A DNA stretch of 64,000 nt from Squalus acanthias (Eukaryota): contig CM059431.1 in NCBI GenBank assembly GCA_030390025.1, positions 156,180,001 to 156,244,000 of the forward strand, in the 5' to 3' direction. Both the position numbers and the translations under genes were made by a program. The first letter of the stretch is position 1; each line of letters starts with the position of its first letter. The notes below the pieces were generated by a model. The model was not told where the DNA came from, did no database searches, and saw only the letters and a program-made list of their open reading frames with translations. Below are positions 44,501 through 54,310 of this stretch, in pieces.

Positions 44501-47066
44501 GAGTGTTAGAGTACCCTGCACTACACAGAGTGTCAGAGTACCCTGGACTACACAGAGTGTCAGAGTACCCTGAACTACACAGAGTGTCAGAGCACCCTGG
44601 AATACACAGTAGTTTCATCAAACCCTGGACTACACAGAGTGTCAGAGTACCTTGGACTACACAGAGTGTCAGAGTATCCTGGACTGCATAGCGTGTCAGA
44701 TTAACTTGGATTTCACAGAGTGTCAGAGTACCCTGGGTACACAGAGTGTCAGAGTACCGTGTACCACACAGAGTGTCAGAACACCATTGTCTACACAGAG
44801 TGTCAGAGTACCGTGGGCTACACAGAGTGACAGAGTACACTGGGCTACACAGAGTGTCAGAGTCCCCTGGACTAAACAAAGTTTCAGAGTACGTTGGTCT
44901 ACACAGGGTGTCAGAGTACCGTGGGAGGCACAGAGTGACAGAGTACACTGGGCTACACAGAGTGTCAGAGTACCCTGGACTACACGGAGTGTCACAGTAA
45001 CCTGGACTACACAGAGTGTCAGAGTACCGTGTACTACACAGAGTGTCAGAGCACCTTGGTCTACACAGGGTGTCAAAGTAACGTGGGATACACAGAGTGA
45101 CAGAGTACACTGGGCTACAGAGTGTCAGAGTACCGTGGACTACAAAGAGTGTCACAGTACCCTGGACTACACAGAGTGTCAGAGTACCGTGTACTACACA
45201 GAGTGTCAGAGCACCTTGGTCTACACAGAGTTTCAGAGTACCGTGGGCTGCACAGAGTGACTGATTACACTGGGCGACACAGAGTGTCAGAGTACCCTAG
45301 CCTAAACAAAGTGTCAGAGTACCTTGGTCTACACAGGGTGTCAAAGTAACGTGGGATATACAGAGTAACAGAGTACACTGGGCTACAGAGTGTCAGAGTA
45401 CCGTGGACTACACAGAGTGTTAGAGTACCCTGGGCTGCACAGAGTGTCAGAGTACATTGGATTACAAAGAGTATCAGAGTACCCTGGACTAAACAGAGTG
45501 TCAGAGTACCCTGGACTACACAGAGTGTCAGAGTACCCTGGACTACAAAGAGTGTCAGAGTACCGTGGACTACACAGAGTGTCAGAGTACCTTGGACTAC
45601 ACAGAATGTCAGAGTACCTTGAGCTAAACAGAGTGTCAGAGTATCCTGGACTACACAGTGTGTCAGAGTAAACTGGACTACACAGAGTGTCAGAGTAACC
45701 TGGGTACACAGAGTGACAGAGGACCCTGGACTACACGGAGTGTCACAGTACCCTGGACTACACAGAGTGTCAGAGTACCGTGTACTACACAGAGTGTCAG
45801 AGCACCTTGGTCTACACAGAGTGTCAGAGTACCGTGGGCTACACAGAGTGACTGATTACACTGGGCGACACAGAGTGTCAGAGTACCCTAGACTAAACAA
45901 AGTGTCAGAGTACCTTGGTCTACACAGGGTGTCAAAGTAACGTGGGATACACAGAGTGACAGAGTACACTGGGCTACAGAGTATCAGAGTACCGTGGACT
46001 ACACAGAGTGTTAGAGTACCCTGGGCTGCACAGAGTGTCGGAGTACATTGGATTACAAAGAGTGTCAGAGTTCCCTGGACTACACAGAGTTTCAGAGTAC
46101 CCTGGACTACACAGAGTGTCAGAGTACCATGGACTACAAAGAGTGTCAGAGTACCGTGGACTACACAGAGTGTCAGAGTACCTTGGACTTCACAGAATAT
46201 CAGAGTACCTTGGGCTAAACAGAGTGATAGAGTACACTGGGCTACATAGAGTGTCAGAGTACCCTGGACTACACAGAGTGTCAGAGTACCCTGGGCTACA
46301 CAGAGTGTCAGAGTACCGTGGAATACACAGAGTGTTAGAGTACCCTGGTCTCCAGAGAGTGTCAGATTACCTTGGACTACACAGAGTGTCAGAGTATCCT
46401 GGACTACACTGTGTGTCAGAGTAAACTGGACTACACAGAGTGTCAGAGTACCCTGGGTACACAGAGTGACAGAGGACCCTGGACTACACGGAGTGTCAGA
46501 GTACCTTGGACTACACAGAGTGTCAGAGTACCGTGTACTACACAGAGTGTCAGAGTACCGTGGGCTACACAGGGTGACAGAGTACACTGAGCTACACAGA
46601 GTGTCAGAGAACCCTGGAGTAAACAGACTGTCAGAGTACCTTGATCTGCACAGGGTGTCAGAGTACCGTGGGATACACAGAGTGACAGAGTACACTGGGC
46701 TACACAGAGTGTCTGAGTACCGTGGACTACACAGAGTATCAGTGTACCCTGGACTACACAGAGTGTCAGAGTACCTTGGACTACACAGAGTGTCAGAGTA
46801 CCGTGGATTAACAGAGTGTCAGAGTACCGTGGACTACACAGAGTGTTAGAGTACCCTGGGCTACAAAGGGCTTCAGAGTACATTGGACTATGAAGAGTGT
46901 CAGAATACCCTGGACTACACAGAGTGTCCGAGTACCCTGGACTACACAGAGTGTCAGAGTACCCTGGACTACACAGAGTGTCAGAGTACCGTGGACTACA
47001 CAGAGTGTCAGAGTACCGTGGACTGCACAGAGTGTCAGAGTACCCTGGACTACACAGAGTGTCAGT
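38541..47066. repeat. Terminal tandem duplication: 4,222-bp and 4,304-bp copies, junction ~42,763
   Basis: Offsets 39313/43535 = 4222, then 40072/44376, 41086/45390 and 42579/46883 = 4304. Copy 2 has three extra monomers plus 1 bp. Confidence 0.9.
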
Positions 47067-47243
47067 GTACCCTGGACTACACAGAGTTTCAGCAAAACCC
47101 TGGACTAAACAGAGTGTTAGAGTTCCCTGGTTTAAACAGAGTGACAGAGTACCCTGGACTAGACAGATTGTCAGAGTTCGCTGGGCTACACATGAGTGTT
47201 AGAGTACCCTGGGCTACACAGAGTGTTAGAGTTCCCTGGGCTA

Positions 47244-48252
47244 TGTGTCCTGTCGACGATAAGATTAACTAGGTCATTGGGCATGCAGAGCGTCAGATTA
47301 TCCAGTGTAATGCATAGAGTCAGAGTAACATAGGCTATGCAGATGGTCAGAGTAACCAACGATATTGGGAGTACGATATTACCCTGGGCTGTATAGAACG
47401 TCCGAGTATCCGGGGATATTAGGCCTCTCAGAGGACAGATTACCCTTGTGTATTCGGCCTGCAGAGAGTAGGTGTCCCCTTGTCCATTCAGAGACTCAGA
47501 GTATCCTGGGCTATAATGAGATTCAAATTATCCTTGGCTATTTAGGCCTGTAGAGGATAAGAGTACTCTGTGCTATTGGGGCTTTAGAGGTCCAGATTAT
47601 CCTGGGCTATTGTGCTGCAGAGGTCAAAGTACTCTTAGTTTTGAGGCTGCACAGGTTCAGACTAGCTCAGCTATTGGGTGTGTAAAAAATCAGAGTACCT
47701 TTGCTATAAAGAGGTTCGGAGTTCTGCAGGCCTTTGGGGTATGCGTCTCAGAAAACCATGGGCTGTTCAGAGGGATAAAGTACCCTGCGTTAGCGGATCT
47801 GTAGAGGTTCAAGGTACCCGGGGCAAATAAGCAAGTAGAGGGCCAGCTTAGTTTGGTCAATTTTGCCTTTAAAGGATCAATGTACGCTAGTTAATTGGGC
47901 CTGCAGATGATCAGAGTACCCTGACCTACACAAAGTTGTCTGGGCTATTGGCCTGCAATGGATGAAAGAACAGTCAGCTATTGAGCCTGCAGAGGGACAG
48001 AGTAGCTGGGCTATTGGGCGTGTGAATTGTCAGAGTACCCTGGGTATAAAGAGTTTCGGAGTACCCCGGGATATTGGGTTATGCAGAGTGTCAAAATAGC
48101 ATGGGCTGTTCAGAGTGTTATAATAGCCTGGGCTAGTGGGTCTGTATTGGGTCAGATTACCCTGATATATTGGGTATGTCAGTGGAGTGTCAGAGGAACT
48201 AGGGCGATTGAGCAGGTAGAGGGTCAGAGTAGCGTGGCCAAATGTGCCTATC
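47244..48252. repeat. Degenerate satellite fringe (mixed 27-bp and ~34-bp units)
   Basis: Recurrent decayed motif GGGCTATTGGGCCTGCAGAGGGTCAGAGTACCCT, e.g. at 47941 and 48001-48050. Confidence 0.85.
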
Positions 48253-50758
48253 AGTTAAGAATAGTACTGGATCAAAGGAAGAGGCTTATAAAGGTGCCAA
48301 AAAAGAGTAGTAAGCCTGAAGATGGGGAGGATTTTAAAATTCAGCAAAAGAGGAACTTTAAATTGATAAAGAAAGGGAAAATAGAATGAGAGTATAATAG
48401 CGAGAGATATAAAAACAGACTGTAAAAGCTTCTATTAGTGTGCAAAAAGGAAAAGTTTAGCGAAAGTAAATGCGGGTCCCTTACAGGGTGAGACAGGAGA
48501 AATTATGATGGGGAATCAGGATTTGTCAGAGAAATTAAACAAATACTTTGTGTCCATCTTCACGGAAGAAAACGCAAAAAAATTCCCGGATATAGTGGAT
48601 AAGCAAGGGTTTAGCGAGAATGAGGAACTGAAAGATATTAGTATTTAAAAAAACGTAGTACTGGAGAAATTAAGAGGACTGAAAGCCGATAAATTCCCTG
48701 AACCTGATGGCCTACATAGTCGGGTTTTCAAAGAGTTGCCAATAGAGATAGTAGATGCATTGGTTGTCATTTTCCAAAATTTCCTATATTCTTGAACGGT
48801 TTCCGTGGATTGGAAGGTATCAAATGTATCCCCAAATTTAAGAAAGGAGGATGAGAGAAAACGGGGAAGGAAAGACCAGTTCGCCTGACATCAGAAGGAG
48901 GGAAAATGCTCGAATCTATTATTATGGAAGTGGTAACAGGGGACTTAGAAAATAATGGCCCAGATATTCCGATCGCAGGCCTCCCGCGGGAAAAATCTGC
49001 GCCCTTACCGAAGGACTCCACACTCCGGGACGCGCACATTTCCGATGCTGGGCCTCTCCAGACTCCAAGTGCCCAGGACCCACGTATCCCGGAGGCGCAT
49101 GTAGTTCGAAGCGTCCCTGGGATCACGTGGGCCATGGGGATCCAATCACAGAAGGGAATCTCCCTTCATACACTTGACAGGAAGACCTGTCAAATACATG
49201 AATGGAGATCACCAAAAAACATAATAAAACTTTTAATACATTTGTTAAAAAATCACATTTTTAAAATGACTTGAAATTACAATAAATTAGCTATTTTAAA
49301 CAACATTTTAATATAAAATAAACTTACCTTTTTTAAAGTATTTTTAAATGATAAATCAGTGATTTTTCAAAAAAACTTTTTTTCAACTCTTATCCTGGTA
49401 AACCAGGCGTAAGAATTGTAAAGGCTTTCTGCGGGCGGAGGGTCTCCAAACAGCGGAACTATCCGCCCGCAGAGGCCCTTCTTTCGGGCAGCCGGAGGAT
49501 CTGTCAAGAGCTTTCATGACAGATCGGAAATGCCGTTTCCCAGCGCATGCGCGGAGCATGCCTGAATCCGGCATTTCCGATGTCCCTGCGGGTGACTACA
49601 CAGCGCCTACCCATCCGTAGGGCTCGGGTTATCCGGCCCATTTATAGGATTGACCAGAGTCAACACGGATTTATGAAAGGGAAATCGGTTGGAAATTTTT
49701 GAGGTTGTAACTAGCAGAATAGATAAGGGGGATGTGGGGTATTCTGATTTTCAGTAGGCATTCGATAATGTGCCGCACAAGAGGTTATTAATTAAAATTA
49801 GGGCTCATGGGATTGGGGGCAACATTCAAGCATGGATTGAGGATTGGTTAACGGGCAGAAAACAGAGAGTAGGAATAAACGGGTCATTTACGGGTTGGCA
49901 GGCTGTAAATAGTGCGATACCACTAGGATCAGTGCTTCAGCCTCAGCTATTCACAATCTACATCAATAATTTGGATGAGCGGACCAAATGTAATATATCC
50001 TTGTTTGCTGATGATGCAAAGCTGGGTGGGAATGTAAGTTTTGAGGAGGATGCTAGGAGGTTTCAAGGTGATATGCACAGGCTGAGTTAGTGGGCAAGAA
50101 CATGGCAAATGGAATAGAATGTGGAGAAATGTGAAGTTATCCACTTTGGTATGAAAAATAGAAAAACAGAGTATTTTATTAATGGTGAGAGATTGGGAAA
50201 TGTTGCTGTTCATAGGAACCTGAGTCTCCTTGTGCACGAATCACTCGTTGTTAACATGCAGGTACAACAAGCAATTAGGAAAACAAATGATATGTTGACC
50301 GTTATTAGAAGAAGATTTTTTATAAGAGTAAAGACGTAATACTGCGATTAGATAGGGCCCTGGTGAGACCACACCTGTGTGTACAGTTTTGTTCTCCTTT
50401 CCTAAGGAAGGATATACTTGCATAGAGGGAGTGCAACGAAGGCTAACCACACTGATTCCTGGGATGGGGGGATTGTCCTATGCGGGCAGATTGAGTAGAC
50501 TAGGCCTACATTCTCTAGAATTTACAAGAATGAGAGGTGATCTCATTGAAACATGCATAATTCTTACAGGGCTTTACAGGGTAGATGCAAAGATGATTTT
50601 TCCCCTGGCTGGGCATTCTAGAAGCAGTGGTCACAATCTCAGAATAAGGGGATGGCCATTTAAGATTGAGATGAGGAGACATTTCTTCACTCAGAGGGTG
50701 GAGAATCTTTGGAAGGGCCAAATGGCCTAATCATGCACATATTTTTTATGTTCTTATA
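48253..50758 (+). mobile_element. 5'-truncated, degraded CR1-type LINE (ORF2 RT region to 3' end), interrupted at ~48957-49639
   Basis: Fragmented ORF2: PHKRLLIKIRAHGIGGNIQAWIEDWLTGRKQRV, GSVLQPQLFTIYINNL, FADDAKL, KCEVIHFG, RMRGDLIE, RRHFFTQRVENLW. CR1-like 3' end GGGCCAAATGGCCT...TTATGTTCTTAT. Many stops and frameshifts. Confidence 0.93.
48957..49639. mobile_element. MITE-like non-autonomous DNA transposon inserted in the CR1
   Basis: CR1 sequence resumes collinearly after it. Ends are imperfect inverted repeats (AATGGCCCAGATATTCCG vs rc AATGGGCCGGATAACCCG, 14/18). GC-rich arms surround an AT-rich core, with no transposase ORF. TSD not resolved. Confidence 0.72.
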
Positions 50759-51830
50759 ATGGGTCACTGTACACGGGTATATTTTTCCTGCAGAGGGTCA
50801 GAGTCCAGTGGGCAATACAGAGTTCCAGATCAGAGAGTCGTATTTGGCCTGTAGAGGGTAAGATAAAATGGGCTATTGGGCATGCAGAGGGTCAGATTAC
50901 CCTGGGTTTTGCAGAGTTTCAGAATAACCTGGGACATACAGCGAGTCAGAGTACATTGGTTTATTGGGCCTGTGGAGGACCAGATCACCCTGATCCATTA
51001 AGTGTGTCAGGTAAACCTGGGCTATTGGGCCATTAGATGGACTGCTTACGCTGGGCTTATGGCCTGCAAAGGGTAAGTGTACCCTTGGCTATACAGAGGT
51101 TCAGACTATCCTGGGCTATAGGTTCTTTAGAGGGTCAGCATACCCTCAGGTATTGAGCCTGCAAAGGATCCGAGTAACTGTGCTATTGTGGCGTGTACAT
51201 TTTCGGAGTACCCAGGTCTGAAAAGATAGTCAGAGTACCCTGGGCTTTTGGGTATGCAGAATGTCAGAGTAACCAAGGCTATTGGACTCTGCATAGGATC
51301 ATATTACCCTGGGCTATGGTATAATGCAGTGTGTCATATTAAATTGGCCTATGGTCCACCAGAGGGTCAGAGTATCCTGGGCTATTCATAGAAACATAGA
51401 AACATAGAATCTAGGAGCAGGAGTAGGCCATTCGGCCCGTCGAGCCTGCTCCGCCATTCAATACGATCATGGCTGATCATCCAAATCCAGTACCCTGTCC
51501 CTGCTATAATCCCCACAGTACACATATCCCACCCTACCCCCATAGCCCCACATATTTAATTCCCCCTAACATAGCCCATCCTATCCCCATAACCCCACAT
51601 ATGTAATCCCTCCTAACACTAAGGGTCAATTTATCATAGCCAAATCAACCTAACCCACACATTCGGCCTATAGATCGTCAGTGTATCCTGGTCTTTTAGG
51701 ATAATCAGACAATCTGATTACCCTCGGCATATTAAGCTGTCGAAGATCAGAGTACCCAGGTCTATTGGACCTTGAGATGGCCAGAGCCCCCTTGGTTATG
51801 CAGCGTTAGCTGGGAGCCTGGTGATTAATG
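50759..51830. repeat. Degenerate satellite fringe, continued (interrupted by the SINE at 51387-51660)
   Basis: Motifs such as GGGCTATTGGGCATGCAGAGGGTCAGATTACCCTGGG (50870) and GTCAGAGTACCCTGGGC (51230). Confidence 0.85.
51387..51660 (-). mobile_element. 5'-truncated SINE (HE1-like body fragment) with CR1-type 3' tail
   Basis: (CATAGAAA)n octamer tail plus AGGCCATTCGGCCC (reverse of a CR1 3' end). ACTAAGGGTCAATTTATCATAGCCAAATCAACCTAACC resembles the elasmobranch HE1 SINE body (recalled, not searched). ATT flanks both sides. Confidence 0.7.
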
Positions 51831-53445
51831 CGGCATAGTTTCCAAGAGCGTCCCTTGTGTACAGGGTTTATCAATGGGCCAGGCCTCTCACTACCAATCA
51901 CTGTCTTTCACCATCGTTACAGCCTGCTCTTTCCCCACGGAACTTATCTCTTCCTATCTCGACTCCATTTTTTCTCCCCTTGTCCAGTCTCTTCCCACCT
52001 ACATCCGCGATTCCTCTGACGACCTCCGCCACTTTAACAGTTTCCAGTTTCTTGTCCCCAACCGCCTCCTTTTCACCATGGACGTACAATCCCTCTACAC
52101 CTCCACCCCCACCAGGATGGCCTGAGGGCGCTCCGCTTCTTCCTTGAACAGAGGCCCAAACAGTCCCCATCCACCGCCATCCTCCTCCGCCTGGCTGAAC
52201 TTGTTCTCAAATAGAACAACTTTTCCTTTGACTCCACTCATTTCCTCCAAATCAAAGGTGTTGCTATGGGTACCCGCATGGGTCATAGCTATGCCTGCCT
52301 TTTTGTGGGATATGTGGAACACTCTTTGTTCCAGTCCCCTCCCTCATCTCTTTTTCCGGTACATTGACGACTGTACCGGTGCCGTTTCCTGCTCTCGCCC
52401 TGAACTAGACAATTTAATTCACTTTGCCTCCAATTTCGAACCTTCACTCACCTTCAAATGGTCCATCTCCGACTCTTCCCTTCCCTTCCTCGACTTCTCC
52501 ATCTCCATCTCTGATATAGGTTATTGACCAACATTCACTACAAGCCCACTGACTCCCACAGCTAACTACACTACACTCCCTCCCACCCGGCCTCCTGTAA
52601 GGACTCTATTCCCTTCTCCCAGTTTCTCCATCTCCGCCGCATCTGCTCCAACGATGCCACCTTCCATACCAGTGCTTCCAAAATGTTTTCCTTTTTCCTC
52701 AACCATGGATTCCCCTCTACCGTGGTTGACACGGCCCTCGACCGTGTCCGTTCTATCTCCCGCACTTCTGCCATCACCCCGGCCCCACCCTTCCGGAACC
52801 ACGATAGAGTTCACCTTGTCCTCACCTTTCACCCCACCAGCCTTCACATTCGACGGATCATCCTCCTCCATTTCCACCACCTCCAACGTGATCCCACCAC
52901 CAAACGTATCTTCCCCTCACCTCCCCTTTCAGCATTCCATAGGGACCGCTCCCTCCGAGACACCCTAGTCCACTCCTCTATCACCCCCAGCACCCCTTCC
53001 CCTTCGCCCGGCACCTTCCCGTGCAAGCGCAGGAGATGCAAAACCTGCCCTTATACATTCCCCTTTCCCACTCTCCAGGGCCCCAAGCACCCCTTCCAGG
53101 TGAAAAAGCGAATTACTTGTACTTCTTGTAATCTATTATACTGTATTCGCTGCTCACGATGTGGTCTCCTCTACATTGGGGAGACCAAACGAAGATTTAG
53201 TGACCGCTTTGTGGAACACCTCCGTTCCGTCCGTAAGGGTGATCCAGAGCTTCCGGTCGCTTGTCATTTTAATTCACCTCTCCACGCCCACTCAGACCTC
53301 ACCGTCCTCGGCCTCGTGCATTGTTCCACGGAAGCTCAGCGTAAGCTCGAGGAATAGCACCTCATCTTCCGATTAGGCACTTTACAGCCTTCCGGACTCA
53401 ATATCGAGATCAACAATTTCAGATCGTAACCTCGGCCCCCACCAC

Positions 53446-53465
53446 ATATATATATATATATATAT
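53446..53465. repeat. (AT)n microsatellite
   Basis: About 10 AT units directly after the PLE stop codon. Confidence 0.9.
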
Positions 53466-53721
53466 TTTATCCACCCATTTGGTTTGTGCCTTTTCCCTTT
53501 TTTTTCTCTCTCTTCCCCCACAGCAGCTGTCTCTCATCTGCCAGCATTTCACACTTCACACTTCTAGCCACCTTTTGATTCTTAACCTGTCCTATTACCA
53601 TCTCGTCTTGCCTTGAGCATCTCTTAATGTCTCTACTTACCATAGCCCACCCCTTTTGTTCTTTTATTCCTCCCCCCAGCCTCCCCCTGCTTTTTTATGT
53701 TTCATTTCCTGCTTTTTTCTC

Positions 53722-53757
53722 AGTTCTGACGAAGGGTTTCGACCTGAAACCTTAACT
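53722..53757 (+). ncRNA. Minimal type-I hammerhead ribozyme motif in the PLE 3' region (probably degenerate)
   Basis: AGUU-CUGACGA-A-GGGU(UUCG)ACCU-GAAA-CC-U-U-AACU: stem I AGUU/AACU, both conserved boxes, UUCG-capped stem II. Stem III is ACCU rather than a palindromic ACGU. Confidence 0.8.
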
Positions 53758-54100
53758 CTGTTTCTCTCTCCACGGATGTTGCCTGGCCTGTTGAGTTTTT
53801 CCAGCGTTTTCTGTTGTTGTTACTATCTTCTGGCTCTTGCTTACAAATTTAAATGAATGACTTTCATTCTGGAATTTATCGTGTGAAATTTGCTCTCACT
53901 CGCGAAAACAGCTTGACATACACGCTGTGCAGGCTCACAATAAACACACTCTGCAGAGGGATTGTACGAGTTTCTACATCAGTTGGATCAGGGCCATTTC
54001 GTGATAGACTCACAGCTTGTCTGGCACGGAAAAAATACATAAAGGTGCATATATGTACATTTAGGGCCGCTGTTGGCGAGTGTCCATCTTTCCAGATATT

Positions 54101-54310
54101 GGGCACAATATCGAGGCTGACACTCCAGTGCGGGATTGTAAGTGTACTGTCTAGGATACGGGGAACTTCCCTGATCTCCCTTCAAATAGTACCATGGGAT
54201 CTTTTGGATCTACATGAGCGGAAAGGCAGGGCCTCGGTTTTACGGCTCATCTAAAAGACGGTACCCCGGACAGTAATGCCCTGCCTCAGAACTGCATTGT
54301 AGTGTCATCA
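54101..54310. mobile_element. Two oppositely oriented DeuSINE (SacSINE1/AmnSINE1-like Deu domain) fragments
   Basis: Plus 54101-54151 reads AGGCTGACACTCCAGTGC. Minus 54160-54310 reads ...GTCTTTTAGATGAGCCGTAAAACCGAGGCCCTG...AAAAGATCCCATGGTACTATTTGAAG..., matching the recalled Deu-domain consensus. Confidence 0.7.

Larger units (their letters stand above)
1..47243. repeat. Large tandem satellite/minisatellite array, 27-bp monomer ACACAGAGTGTCAGAGTACC(C/G/T)TGG(A/G)CT, ~1,750 copies, open at the left window edge
   Basis: The 27-bp periodicity is directly visible throughout. The ORF track shows 9-aa repeats in five frames (LHRVSEYPG, YTECQSTLD, TQSVRVPWT, YSDTLCSPG, GTLTLCVVQ). Confidence 0.99.
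51905..53820 (+). mobile_element. Decayed, 5'-truncated Penelope-like retroelement (probably Neptune clade): RT + Cys linker + GIY-YIG endonuclease + 3' pLTR/UTR
   Basis: RT motifs LFTMDVQSLYTS, GVAMGTRMG, FFRYIDDC and LPFLD lie in shifting frames. CKRRRCKTC linker. NLLYCIRCSRCGLLYIGETKR...EH...CHF. After an in-frame TAG (53355-7) the frame continues HLIFRLGTLQPSGLNIE to TAA 53427-9. Confidence 0.93.

Noticed and set aside
1..47243. CRISPR-like array
   Set aside because: Head-to-tail monomers without unique spacers; no cas genes; vertebrate context.
1..47243. CACAGAG/CACAGTG as V(D)J RSS heptamers
   Set aside because: No ACAAAAACC-like nonamer at 12- or 23-bp spacing in the consensus, and no Ig/TCR segments nearby.
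281..47272. Hundreds of repetitive ORFs, including YSDTLCSPR repeats reminiscent of the Pol II CTD
   Set aside because: Equally open in five frames on both strands, constantly frameshifted, with no unique domain; a consequence of the 27-bp period.
48906..49274. 122-aa ORF across the CR1/MITE junction
   Set aside because: Chance read-through from CR1 into the GC-rich arm; no recognisable domain.
53355..53357. In-frame stop in the PLE endonuclease as recoding or selenocysteine
   Set aside because: It is TAG, not TGA, and the element has other frameshifts; ordinary decay, probably CAG>TAG.
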